A stretch of 63,861 nucleotides of DNA, counting the filler, from Platydemus manokwari (lineage: Eukaryota): NCBI GenBank assembly GCA_037951405.1. It is 5 parts of 5 records of this genome, joined end to end, with 100 filler letters (N's around TTAATTAATTAA, not from the genome) between each part and the next. Parts side by side here need not be neighbours in the genome. Positions count along the whole stretch, not along the records: positions 11,922 to 25,119 come from JBBMOY011801393.1; positions 25,220 to 39,120 come from JBBMOY011583632.1; 3 more parts are not named here. One strand, written 5' to 3'. The position numbers and the translations under genes were made by a program. Below, piece by piece: positions 13,200 through 26,471 of the stretch. Under the pieces are notes generated by a model that searched no databases, was not told where the DNA came from, and worked only from the letters and a program-made list of their open reading frames with translations. How positions within the stretch are numbered: position 1 is the stretch's first letter; every line of letters begins with the position of its first letter.

Positions 13200-16100
13200 T
13201 TGGTTTGATAGTGCTGAGGGGGATGGGTTAACGGTGAGAGAACTTACAGGAACCGCTTTACTTGGAAGTTAGTGAGAAATAATCATAAGAATTCTGTTGA
13301 ATGTTCTTTACTGTTTAGAAGTGACATACGAAGTCGAAGTTAGAACGGGAAAAGTTGCAGGAGCTGGTACCGATGCCAATGTATTCTTACGCATTTTCGG
13401 TTCAGCAGGGGATACGGGAACTATTCAGCTGAAAACATCATCTACAAATATGAATTTATTCGAAACCGGTGCAACTGATCTATTTAAAATCGAATCCGAA
13501 GATATTGGTGAAGTACGTTTTTTATATTAAAAACGTTTAGCAACCCAAATTGTTGTTAGCTGAAAAGCATAAGATTATCTCATGACGACAAGGGAGCTGC
13601 ATCAGCTTGGTTTGTAAACCAGGTTTGTGTAATTGTTCCGAAGCTTGGTTCTAGATATGTATTCTTAATCAACAAGTGGCTCGATAAGAAAAATCTACAA
13701 GTTGATGTTGATCCTTCTAAAATTGAGAAAATCGAAAAAAGTGTTACAAATAATTTTTCCGCATAAATTAATAATCTCTTTCCAGCAATTCCTTATCAGA
13801 TAACAGTTTTCACTGGGGATCTTGCTCAGGCAGGAACAGACGCCAATGTGTTCCTTCAGATATATGGAAAAGAAAAGAAAACAGACCAACTAAGTTTGAA
13901 AAGTAATTCAAACACTTTTGAGAGGAATTCGGAAGACGTGTTTAAAGTAATACTGGTTTGTGAATGAATGATAAGTAATTGCTGCAACCGATTGTAGGTG
14001 AATGCCACTGATGTTGGAAAAATACAGAAAATACGTATTGGCCATGATGGCAAAAAACCCGGAGCAGGATGGTTCTTAGATTCAGTCCTTATAGAACTAT
14101 TGGGTCAGCCGAAAGAAGAGGAACCGAAACCTCGAAAAAAATGTGATTATCTAAATTATAATGTCAAACTAGATAGAATTTTTTTTTAAGTGCAACGATC
14201 AAAAGCATATTCATCAGAATCATCTTTCGATTCTTTCGATGAAGATCCTCCATCTTCGTTAAGATTAAACTCTAGCAGGTGAGCATAATCTTATTTCGAT
14301 AAAATACGGTAGAGCTAAAATTAGCATTATCAAGGTTCCTTAAGATCAAGCGAGTTTTTTATTGTATCGATAACAGTGAATAGCTTCCAAATTTTCTCTT
14401 ATTCCTCATCTTTGCCTTTTTCGAATATCTTGAATAAATAATAATTCCCCTAGTAATTTTTAAATTTAATTACACGTATATTAAATAAAATCGATAAAAA
14501 TGAATGGATGTGTTCAAGTATTCGAATAGATAATTGATCATTACTTTAGATCAATAAGAGTTTTGTTTTCAGATTTAAAATATATTTATTTCGTTCTCAT
14601 TGAATTTATTTGCAATTCTTTTTTCTGAATTAAGATTAGCGAAAAATTAAGAAAGCTTTCATTTTTTTCCTTTTCTTGGATTTTTAACAGACTGACAAAG
14701 TTATAAGTGGCCATTTCAACAGACCTACGAGATCAATTGAAGTCAATCAAGCTAATTTTGATTCAACTAAATCTCTATAATTAAAAAATTCAAATATCCT
14801 TCTAAACCTTTCCTACGTCCCTTGTTTTCTTTAGAAAATTAAATTTTTTGCCTTTTGATTATTAATACTCATTTGTGTCATCTCAATTACAACAACTTGA
14901 GCTCAACCATTCAACCAACTAAATTGTGAATTTTCAGTGTCATTACACAACTATAACTTCAATTCAATAAAAAATTCAAAAAAATTTGCTTGTATTATTT
15001 AAAAATCCTAATTTGCACGATAGGTTAACTTTGAAATTTTACGCTTTAACTTTTATATTATCAATAATTATCTACTAGAAATGTATTTTATCGATTAAGA
15101 AATTTTAGTTTGATTTTCTATTAAAATATCCAATCAAAACACGTGTTGAAAAATAATTATTTTTATAACTATAAATATTGCAATTAAAGAAATCAATTTT
15201 AAAAATCAGCTAAGTATAAATAGGAATATTAAGTTCATGAAAAAATATATAAATAATGTTGGTACTAAATTCTAAATAACCAAATAATTGCTGATTCCGA
15301 AAATCGAAGATTGCAAGTCTTATTTCTAACTCAGGTACCAAACAGTATGACTCACAAAGTATCACAAAAATGCAAACCAAAACTTGGCCTCCTATTAGCA
15401 CCTTACTAATTAGTACGACTTTAAAACTCAATACAATGTCCCAAAAAACGCAACCAAAACTTGGCTTCCAACCGACAGTTGGCCATCTTTACATAGATAT
15501 TTATACTCGAGATCTGTGGTTTATTTTTGTGTCACGTTTGTAACACATTTTGATTTGATCTTTACTTTTCTATATTTCTATTAGGATTATTGATTTTTCT
15601 ATGTGCGAAATTGGTCAATCCCTGTGTGTGTAATTGTGTGATCATGTCCTTTTTTCCAAATTTCGTTTTCCATCTAACTCAACTATGATTGGTTGATTGT
15701 CATGGCTGTGTGATTGTGTAGGTGTGTAAATGTTTGAAGCGCCAAAACAAGGTTTCCAAAGTGCAAATCCGTTTTTATTGTAAGATTTCGTCTCACTCAA
15801 TGATAGTATCATTTAGAAAAATAATCAATGGCATTTATATTATGTGCCGAACAATTCGTAATGTAATAATCGATAAAATGCCAATCATAAATTAGGAAAC
15901 TAGAAAGGAATAAATAGTTATTGATGACACCAATAGATTTCGATCACTACTGACCACCTTAATTATAAACTATAGAAGCTAAGATTTGATTCTTAGCAGG
16001 GGGATTTGTCGATGTGACACCATCTGATTTTCAAAGATGGAAAATGTACGTCTTCTTCAAGTGTTGGTAATTGTTGTTGGCAACGGAAAATAACCGGTTT

Positions 16101-19100
16101 AATTTATTGATATAATTGATATCCAAATCATCCGTTTGCGTAAACGCCCATTCATACTGTGAATAACCCGCCAACCTGTAGTTTTCAATAAAAATTTATT
16201 GATAAATTGTTAATGTTTATTTGTTTAGCATCGTTCGTTACGATCAGTTGTTCTAATTAAGTATTGATTAATCCTAAATTTTAAGCTAAAATATTTCTAG
16301 AGTTAATAATAAAATCGATTTTAAAATTTACATAGCGAATAATATATCGAATTTATATCTTGTCTTAATGTATAAAATACATTGTTATTATCGATAATCA
16401 ATATATTTGAATAAATGATAATTGGTTGATCTCAATCATCACTTTGGAATCCATATTCAGCTAAAATTTCATTGAATTTAGATCTGATCAAGAAGAAAAC
16501 GAAATTGAAAGATACTGGTTTTATTGCAAACGTTGGTTCGCTACTGATGAAGACGATGGCATGATTGTTCGAGAACTTCTTCCCACAGATGAAGCTGGAA
16601 GACCTTTGTCTGATTTGAAAGGTTATATATAATTTTCAAATAATTCACATTTTACGACATTGATACAGAAATAAGTTACACGGTTATCGTGAAAACTGGC
16701 AGAGAAAATGGGTCCGGTACTGATGCCAATGTGTTTTTCACTATTTATGGGAAAAATGGCGACTCTGGAGATAGAGCATTGAAGAATACGGTAGATTCTA
16801 AATCCAACAAATTTGAGGAAAATAGTTCAGATAAATTTCAAGTAACTTTAGCAATTTATTAAATTACGATCACAAGATATTGATCATTTGCGGGTTCCAA
16901 TGCTTAATTTTTAGTTTAATAATGTCAACTATTTTTGTTATCATTTTGATCTCATAAAGATGGGCTTCATGTGCTTTCAAATAAATATTAACATTAAATA
17001 AGCCATAATTTATAAAAATATCTTCTGGAAGTAACTGACTAGTGATACTTTATTTTTGAATATTTTTCTAGCTGTCCCGCTAGCCAAACGATTATAATGA
17101 ATCAACTACCAGAATTGTTTATCTCTTGAAGTTTTCTGTAAGATTTTATATTTAGAAATAGAATATATTGATTTGGCGATGTCTGATTCTTTGTTTTTCT
17201 GTATATCTTTTCCATTGATCCGATGTATTATTGATATTTTATTATCGATCTGAAAAGTTTTACCTTCGAATAGTTACCAATGTAAATATTATAAATTTTA
17301 TCAGCCAACATTTACCAAGCAAACCAAAAAGATAAATAATTACTATCTGAATCTCTTTAAGTGTGATATTTCGGTTTGCCGATAAAGCTAATAATTTAAA
17401 ATTTCCTTAATAAAATTTTCTTGAAAATTTTCGGATTACACAAAACTGTTATTTAGTTGTAGTTGTTGTATTCGACAATTTGATTGGTCGATTTAATATT
17501 CTGTAGTTATGGTAACATTCTATTAATGAATCGTAAACACTACAGCTTCCACATAGCAGTATTGAATTCCGATTCCAGAACTTATTGAAACGTTTAAGGA
17601 ATAAAATCTTCCGATATCAACATATTTATACCTACATACAACAAAATCTCTCTTTCCAGATTAAAGCAGTCGATTTGGGAATATTGGAGAAAATAAAAAT
17701 TCGTCATGACAATACCGGAACCGGAGCAGCTTGGTACGTCGAATATGTGTTGGTAAATGACGAAAAAGATGAATACTTGTTTCCATGTTATTCGTGGCTT
17801 GCCAAAGACAAGGACGATGGCCTGATTTCTAGAGAGATATTTCCGGCCAATGGTAGTATTTATGAAGATTGGAAAAATGGTCAACTCACCAAAGATAAAT
17901 TTAAAATATTTCAAGAAGGTGAATATTGTGGTCTAATTTTTGTGTTAAAGACCAATTCTCGATAGACAAATTGGAGACGTACACGGTGAAAGTGTACACA
18001 ACGAAGAAACTGTTCGCTGGCACTGATAGTAATGTTCACATTGTTTTATATGGAGAAAAAAGTGACTCGGGAATTGTTCCTCTAAAGAAAAGTGCAACTC
18101 ATGCAAACAAGTTCGAATCTGGAAACTGTGACGAATTCATCGTCAAATCTGCAGATCTTGGTGAACTGAAGAAAATCAAGTACGAATTGCTGATAAATTG
18201 AAAAATATTTGTTACTAATAGTGTTGCTATGGTAATATAATTTATTTTATTATTACTTAATAATTTTAGAATCGGGCATGACAATTCGACGGCGAGTTCC
18301 GATTGGCATTTGGCTAAAGTAGAAGTAGAAGCCCAGAAGCTTGGACAAAATTATGTTTTCCCTTGCAACGAATGGATTTCGGCATCGAAAGGTGATGGGA
18401 AATTAGAAAGAGAACTTTATTCAGAAACTCAGTTGACAATGACAAAACGACCGAGTAACACTATTATTGATGAAATGATTATGTGTTCTGATGGATAAAT
18501 AATTTAGAAATAAAATATGAAATAACGACGCACACCTCAAACAGAAGTGGTGCGGGCACAAACGCAAATGTGTACATTCAATTATATGGCAGAAATGATT
18601 GTACTGAGCAGAGAAATCTGGCTGATGCTGCTGATAAAAACAAATTTCAAAAGGGAGCTGTTAGCACATTCTATTTAGCTTTGGAGGAAATTGAGGATCC
18701 GATTGAAAAAATAAGAATTGGTCACGACGGAAAAGGTATCGGAGCTGGATGGCATCTGGAAAAAGTTCTTGTTAAGAAATTATTAGCTGATAAAAATGTA
18801 AGTATAAAACTTTGAGTTATTTCGAGATTAATGTTGTGTCTAGAAATCGATCACTTATGAGTTTCTTTGCAATCGATGGTTGGCAAGGGATGAAGATGAC
18901 GGAGCGATTGAACGTGAGTTATTACCAGAGAAAATTATTCGCAAAGGATCTCTTGATAAACATGGTCAATCAATAGAAAAGGTCGATAGTGTTGTCAGTC
19001 TTCTACAAAAGAAAATCTATTCGATTTTTGTACACACTGGTGATCACACCGGTACCAATGCTAATGTTTTTCTAAAAGTGTATGGAGAGGGTGGTGATAG

Positions 19101-21268
19101 TGGTGAACGACAACTTGTTGATTCGAAATCTCATTCCGACAAATTCGAACGAAATAATGTGATATAATTATATTTGTGATGTGATTTAATTAATGATTCT
19201 TCTTCTCAGATTGATGAATTCGAATGGGAAGCTGTAGATCTCGGTAAATTGTACAAGATAGAAATTAGACATGACAATTCTGGGTTGTTTAAAAAGGATT
19301 GGTATCTGAAGGAAGTGAAAATAATCGACAAATATGACAACGAAGCATACGTGTTTCATTGCGAGAGATGGCTTTCCAAATCTAAAGAGGACAAGAAAAT
19401 TAAAAGAACTTTTTATGTTGTCGGATATCAAGGTGAAAGATCGATAAGTAGTACTGGACGAAGTAGATCTGTATATAGTGGTGGATCTGCGGCCAGTTTT
19501 GATTCTACGAAAGAAGATTCATTAAGTGGAACATATCGATTTGAAATGGATGATGATAACAAAACGTTCACCGAATGTTAGATAACTTCTTTATGGTGGC
19601 ATGTTTATCAAAAATGTTTAGCTATTCCATACACTATCACAATAGTTACTGGTCCAGATAAGAATATGGGCTCATCGGGACCGCTTTGGATTAGATTTTA
19701 TGGTAATAATGAATTGAAAACCGCTCCAATATATCTCAATAAACTTGGATCAAATTACTTTGCTCCTGGATCAAAGGAAATAATGTCTGTCGAAGCTTCA
19801 GATGTAGGAGACATTAAGCAGGTTGAAATCGCTAACGAAGGAGTTGACAGAGAATCGAGCTGGTATTTGAATAGTATAACAATTGAGCTGCCGACAAAGG
19901 GGAAATTGTACAATATTACGTGTGCCTCCTGGTTTTCAAGATTTGAAGGAGAGCAGAAGACCAATCGGATTTATAACATACAAGATAAAATGATGACAAA
20001 AATAGCAAAAAGTATTGTTTCGTGGTTTGTATTATTAACTAATCATGTAATGACTAATATTCCATATTACTTAATAGGAAAGTATAGCTATAAGTTTTGC
20101 TTCTTTATAGTAATGTCCAACTCATTTCTTAAAATTTTAATAAATCGTTGGGATTTAATAATTATTTTTCTATGGTTACAGGGATTTATCAGTTCCAAAT
20201 CATAAATATCGATATCATTTGTATCTCATTTCTCGATAAAAATGAAATCAGGATATTTTTAAATGCGAGAAAAATACTTTACTGCTTAAATATCGATTTT
20301 TATGATCTGATATTATTTAAAAAATCTCGATAGATATCTGGCGACAAATGCGCATATTACCTATTTAATACTATTCATATGTCATACTGCTACCAGTCAT
20401 AATCTGCATAATGAATCTATTCCATGGGAATTCTATAGAAACTGGCATAATTCCATTATTGTGGATATTAATTGATGGAAAACTTTTCATCGGAAATTGT
20501 GAGGCAAATATTTATTTATGCTTTTAAATCTAAACTATAAAATAGCGTATACTCGCAAGCAATGAATATTTCAAAGAATATTCCAATTCTCGTTCAGATA
20601 TATTTCCTATCCACTTCATTGTATGAACTAACGTTCTTTGATCTCCTTTTCTTTATATCTTTTGAGAAATCGTGTGGATTATTTTATTAATTACATTAAT
20701 TACGAAAGCACTTTTCAAAAATTATTTATAATTATAATCTCTTGTTGTATTTTCAGAAATAACTTACACGATATCTGTAATAACGGGAGATATTGAAAAT
20801 GCAGGCACGAATTCATCATTATTTCTACAGTTGTTCGGAACAACTGGAAATTCATCCATTCATACATTCGATAAGAACTCTGATAATTTTGAAAGAGCTC
20901 AACGCGATATGTTTAAATTGGAAATGGAAGACGTGGGAGTCATAAAGAAAATAAGAATTCAAAATGGAAACGATGTATGGCATTGAGAAGTATTTTCGTA
21001 TAAATATTTATAAATATAGGGTGACAGACCAAGTTGGTTTCTTGAGAAAATGGATATCAGAAATGAGAAAACAATGGAATTTTATGAATTCGAATACAAT
21101 GAGTTCCTGAGTAAAAATCTGGGCCAGAAGAAAAGTCTTATTGCTGACATAGCCCCAATTAATGACACTAAAAGTAAGTTAAACATGATAAATAAATACC
21201 TGTGTAAGTGTATAGAGGGTTTACTGATTTATTCTTTTTCATTTCCAATAAGCAGTACCCTGATATAA
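13200..21268 (+). CDS. LOXHD1: Lipoxygenase homology domain-containing protein 1 (tandem PLAT/LH2 repeats), partial
   Basis: In-frame GT-AG exons 13200-13267, 13319-13512, 13560-13740, 13786-13946, 13998-14142, 14191-14278, 16482-16621, 16669-16841, 17660-17918, 17966-18179, 18270-18454, 18508-18797, 18844-19158, 19210-19576, 19622-20011, 20757-20974, 21020-21173, and probably 21216-21268. Repeated YxVxVx[24 protein letters not shown] and C..WLA..EDDG..REL motifs; order is colinear with vertebrate LOXHD1, including the charged insert in one PLAT and the diagnostic CTEQRNL..KKLLADK and [13 protein letters not shown] segments. 5' end absent. Confidence 0.9.
15263..15800 (+). repeat. Dispersed ~500-bp repeat family, copy 1 (in LOXHD1 intron)
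   Basis: Shares blocks CAAAACTTGGCTT, TTTATACTCGAGAT, ATTGGTCAATC, CATCTAACTCA, GATTGGTTGATT and AAGATTTCGTCTCA with 60335-60782, and more loosely with 27210-27640. Confidence 0.85.
18223..18236. promoter_or_regulatory. RFX X-box-like site in LOXHD1 intron (GTTGCTATGGTAAT)
   Basis: One mismatch to GTYNCY-AT-RGNAAC; a second weaker site GTAGTTATGGTAAC lies at 17503-17516. Confidence 0.45.
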
Positions 21269-23477
21269 CAGTTCCGTCAAAATCTCAAGTAAAAAATTTC
21301 AATTTATCGATTTCGAGTAGATCGAATTTTCATATTTTGTTTGTTGATGAATTAGAAACGATAGCCATTTCGCTTAAAATCATTCCTACTCACAACAAAT
21401 ATGTGTGCGCTTGTTGAATTCTGATTTGCTTGCACATATCTATATATTGCTCATATATACGAATAATATATTTTATTAAGAGTATTTCAGCATAAAATTA
21501 TGAAATAATAATTGTGAAAATTTTTAAATAAATTAAATTTTTAAAGATTTAATTCAGATTTTATATAAAATTATATTAATAAAATTATATCCTTGAAAGT
21601 ACAGGGTTGTAAAAATATATGATCCGCTAAACCCAATAAGATATGTATTTTTAAAACTTCCAGTATCCCAGTATTGATGAGTGGCAAGGGCTACTTAAAC
21701 GATCTATTATTGAAGTACGTAATATTTAGGATTCGATGAGCACACCAGCATTGCTTTAACAACACATAAAATAAACAAATATATATATGTGTGTCTGTGT
21801 GTGTGTGCGCCATAGGAGTTACACATACAACTATACCACATATTATTAAATTATTATTATATTAAAACTATTCAAAAAAATTCCGTGTATTTTGTTGAAT
21901 ATTTGATAATCCGTCCTCAACAAATAGTCGTCTAATGAAACAAATAGTTTTTCCTAATAATATAAATTAAAATTTGTTTGAATAAATGAAAACTTCAAAA
22001 TCAATAATGTCCTCTAATAGTCTATGAATGCTAACGAGAATTAATGATTTTATATTAGACGGTTGGTAAAAAATATTTTATTTTAATGAATAATTAATTG
22101 CTGTCATCAGCCAGAATCCACAGTTCAACATGATCCAACAACTATATCTACAAATACAATATAGATTCAAGTTGGCTATAAATGTTTATCAATCCACAAC
22201 AAATCTCCAGGGAGAACTTTATAAGTTCATCAATGCTTTTATTAAATGATGTATCGAAATAAAGTCTACATCTTCGAAGTATCGATTAAAGGTGAAGTCA
22301 TTCAACCATTACCATTATCCATAGCCATACATATTGGATGAGATAAAAAACATAATATATAATATCGAAACAAATGTTTTTCTGAAATATTTTATAATGG
22401 CCTTATTGATTGTGAGAAAAGACGATATATCAACAATATTATTGTTTACCATTGTGTTTTGAATTTGAATGAAGGAATTAAAATACAGATTGTTCCAAAA
22501 CAGAATTGCGTTGTCATCAGTAGGAAAAACCTGTCGAATCGATTATAAATCTGAAAATTAAATTTCTTCTCCTTTCCAAGCGGCATTGGAGTTTAGCGTG
22601 TTAAATCATATTTTATTAAATATTGATATATAGTTCAATGCCATCATACAACATTACATTGTTCAATAGAAAGATTTGTAAAGATCATGGTCGGTCAAAA
22701 TTTTCACGACACCAATGATCCAAAAGTAATTGTTGGGTTTAATAATTGTTTCATATTCAATCCAATTTGAATACTCAAATTATATATAGACATGGATGAT
22801 GTCTATAATCGATAAGGATGAGATCAAATAAATCATCATTAGATAAGATGAGATAAAATGATTCAATGTTTCCATTATCAAAATTTCGGGATTTCTATAT
22901 GTCAATAAACAAATCGTCAAAACATCACTAATATTACATTCTATGGTTTAATTAACAAATCGCTACTTGGTTAAAAGTAAATTTAATTTCTATTTGAATT
23001 TTCCTGAGAACTATTAATTTGTTAAATCTAAATATTTTTCATATTTTTCCCCAACTGTTCACAATGAAAAGCTATCGACGAAAAACACCAGAGATTTGGA
23101 GAAAGTCAGATTAAATTTCCATATTAATTAGTTCGTATATACACCGTGAAAATATTGAAGCTTTCATATCTGGTCTCCAAAAGGTTTTATATTTATATTT
23201 ATAAATGATTAAAATAACCAAGCAAAATACTCGAATAAATTGTTATTTCATTTGTGTTATTAACATGATGGAATGATATATAAAACATTAATGATTGATA
23301 ATTAAAAATAGTAAAATAAAACTACCTCAGCATATATTTTATAAGTTAAAAATGAAAATTAAAAAACTGAATTAAGACAATCAAGAACAATTCATCACAA
23401 GAATCAATTTAAATTTTCATACATTGGTCAACAGAAAGTAAAAATATTTTATCAATAGCACAGGTCATTGATAAATA

Positions 23478-24151
23478 CAGGATTGGAAAGAAAGTCTTGT
23501 CTGATAGAAAATAATATTTATTTAACCAATAAAAACAATATGTAAATTGAGAAATATAAACACAACATCATTCGCCTGTAAGTCTGAAATGTTGAAAAAG
23601 TCACCATTAAGGTTCTCATACTTTTGTCAGCGTTCTAGAAGTAGTTTTATGTCGTTTTCATAGAACTCCGCAGGTTTTGAAGCAAATCACTTTTCGAAAT
23701 CATCGTTAACCTCTTCATCGGAGTGATACGTTTTCCTACGAAATGAGTTTTTCATAGGAGAAACTAGGTAATAGTCTCAAGGGGCAAGATCTGAGGAGAA
23801 TGGTGGATGCGGTATTCCCGTAAAATTGGTGCCAAGCACGGAGTTCATCTTCTTGTCAATTGCTGGCGCATTCATTCCATCTTTACACAAACTTTTTCAA
23901 GTATCTTCGCTTAAACTCCATCATATACCACAAAATAATATTTTTTAAATGATGGCTATCTGAAACAATTATTTAATTATAAGATAATAATTAAACATTT
24001 AAAAAAGAATTTAATAATATGTTTAAACTAAACATTTCTTCATAAAATGTTTAGATTTACAGAACAATGTTTTGTTTATATTTCTCTATTGTCTTTATTG
24101 GTTAAATAAATATTATTTTCTATAGAATAAAAGAATTTCGTTCGAAACCTA
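23478..24151 (-). mobile_element. Mariner-derived deletion element with long (~90 bp) inverted ends
   Basis: Minus strand ~23590-23875 reads NAPA..IPHPPFSSDLAP*DYYLV..FASKPAEFYENDIKLLLER*QK (mariner C-terminus with stops). Flanked by inverted repeats with core TAGAAAATAATATTTATTTAACCAATAAA at 23505 and, reverse-complemented, ending 24122. Confidence 0.85.
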
Positions 24152-25028
24152 TATATGAATGACAAACAAAATAAACAATATTTAATAAATTATTATCGAA
24201 TGTTTCCAAAAATTTTAACAATGAATTATTGAAAATAACAATTCAACAGATTTACAATTATTTTCTGGGATTTGTCGAACATATGTCGAACAAATACTTT
24301 CAATATCTTATATCAACACCATCTATGATAATTTACAGAATCTCACATTGTTTCGTCAATGATAAAATTGAATTCAAAATAAAAAAAAAATTTATAATTT
24401 ACTTAGTATTGATGTGAAAATCTGATAACATATAATTAATTCGATTACATCATCATCATCATCATCATCATAATCACTGATGACTGTCTCATAGAGTAAA
24501 TAACCTTTGATGATAAGAATGAACCGAAATATAGTGGTTTGATTATGGATTAGATTTTGTATTTAATAAATCGAAAATCATCTTCAAAGGAAAATTATCA
24601 AAATACACTCAAAAGTATCTATTTAGTGGGCACTTTTAAAACAATAAGTAGAGATTTATGCATCAATTTTTGGTAAATAATTAAACTGTAATTATTAATT
24701 AAAAATCATCGATGCCTAGTAGGTTTTGATCAAATTTTATAGAATAATTCCAAGTTATATCATAAATTAAAAATGTTTCACGAATAAAGATGAGAAGCGT
24801 GCGCCAGAAAATATAGGTTTGATCAAACATTAAGATTTATTTTTATCTATGAAATTGCAATATTAGCGGTAATCCAAAAATTAGTTCAAATAATTGGTAA
24901 AACAGCACGTTAAACATTAATTTAATAAATTACATAATTTTTAAAATGCTTCAAATGATATATTTTATATTCGATATATCATGAAACACTTACAGAATGA
25001 TTTCAACATTGGATTCAATAGTTTTCTA

Positions 25029-25119
25029 TTAGGTTGTCCCACATGAAATGTCCGATTTTCATGCACATATTTGAAGAAGCATAACTCATAAGAAAATATT
25101 TTTTATTAATTAAAATAAG
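25029..25119. mobile_element. Mariner-like terminal inverted repeat truncated by the gap
   Basis: ta|TTAGGTTGTCCCACATGAAATGTCCGATTT resembles mariner TIRs and abuts the contig end. Confidence 0.5.
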
Positions 25120-25219
25120 NNNNNNNNNNNNNNNNNNNNNNNNNNNNNNNNNNNNNNNNNNNNTTAATTAATTAANNNNNNNNNNNNNNNNNNNNNNNNN
25201 NNNNNNNNNNNNNNNNNNN
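25120..25219. other. Assembly gap spacer
   Basis: N44-TTAATTAATTAA-N44. Confidence 0.99.
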
Positions 25220-25489
25220 TTTAATTTTATAAAAAATTAAATTAAGGTAAAATTGAAAATATTTGTTTAAATATTTGGATTTAAAATAGAATTGATCGTG
25301 TCTTGACTTTTTTGGTTTGATTTTAGTTTGTGTTTTTTAAAATTGTATGAGCGGCTAACACATACTATTTATGTCATTCATACTATTCGGATGATATTTA
25401 GATCTTTCATGTAGCTCTTCATTAGATTTACAAATTTCTTTATTTCAAATCCGACAAAAATATCGTGAAAAATATTCGACAAAAATTAT

Positions 25490-26255
25490 ATTGAAGATTT
25501 TATCCGAGTATTCCAACATAAAATGGATTTGATGGCTATTTCAGAATATCAAGAGTTATCTGAAGATTTAATCAGAGAATTCCAAGATAAAGTGAATTGT
25601 AAATAGGTTTCACAACGTTAAATTAAATCAAATATTATTTTTCTTACACAATTTTTAAATCTAAAAATGGCTTTTGTATAAAAAGAAATAAAATAATAAT
25701 TAAAGATCACCTAAGCATCCCTTAATCTTTTAGAATGTTAATTGTAGGAAGTTCCGGTTGTGGTAAAACTCAATTACTTTTTAAAATGTTGTGATAATTT
25801 AATAATATTTTCAAAAACTGTTTATCAAATTTCAATAATATCAAATTTTATATCATGGATTTACAAATGTTTTATCAAAAGAACGTATTATAAAATATTT
25901 GAAAAGCAGGTTGAATTTCATAAAGATTTAACTATAGGAGAAATTTGTGAACTTTACGAAGCAATGTTGTCACCTACGGAAATAGGTGCTATATCAATAA
26001 CCATGACTCCCAAATTTAATGACATTATAAATCCATCAGATCACATTGGGTTTCAATAAGTAAACACCATAAGATTTATTTTTATCCTTTTGAAACTTTA
26101 CCAACTAAAGATGTTTATAATTTCTTTGAAGACGATTTTGTTTATAATAATTTTCAAATACAAATTATGTGGACAATTATCTATGTATGTTTTATATTGT
26201 CTAGGTAACGGGTTAAAATTTGATTATATCATTGATAATATGAAGATTGAAATCG
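25490..26255 (+). mobile_element. Degenerate Maverick/Polinton (adintovirus-like) relic: Trp-repeat-like fragment, packaging ATPase, adenain-type protease
   Basis: ISEYQELSEDLIREFQDKVN; FRMLIVGSSGCGKTQLLFKML (Walker A 25747-25770) followed by NLIIFSKTVYQ; KIYFYPFETLPTKDV..YNNFQIQ..CGQLSMYVLY (CG at 26168). Stops and frameshifts throughout. Confidence 0.7.
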
Positions 26256-26471
26256 ATTAGGTAGGCAATCGGTGATAGCATTTTTCCCTTCACCAGAATT
26301 TAAATTGAGAATTTTAAAATAACCATAGTTCACAAATTTGATAATAGTTCAATAAATAATATGCATAAAACACTTGTTTATGAATAGCAGCAAGTCATTC
26401 TTTTCCCTCGATTTCTTTTTTGATGTCTTAAATTTTCTGAGTGATATTTTTTGCTTGATGCACTGACATCT

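Noticed and set aside
16000-16045. Possible extra LOXHD1 exon ([14 protein letters not shown])
   Set aside because: 46 nt, phase 1 to 2; not frame-preserving without another unidentified exon, and 14278>16482 already splices in frame.
22090-22950. Minus-strand coding-like fragments (LPGDLLWIDK, HPICMAMDNGNG) suggestive of a beta-propeller pseudogene
   Set aside because: Too fragmented by stops to support a call.
23620-23790. In-frame TGA at Trp/Ser positions suggesting a variant genetic code
   Set aside because: Confined to dead transposons; intact genes use TGG for Trp and TGA as stop (COG6, WDR82).
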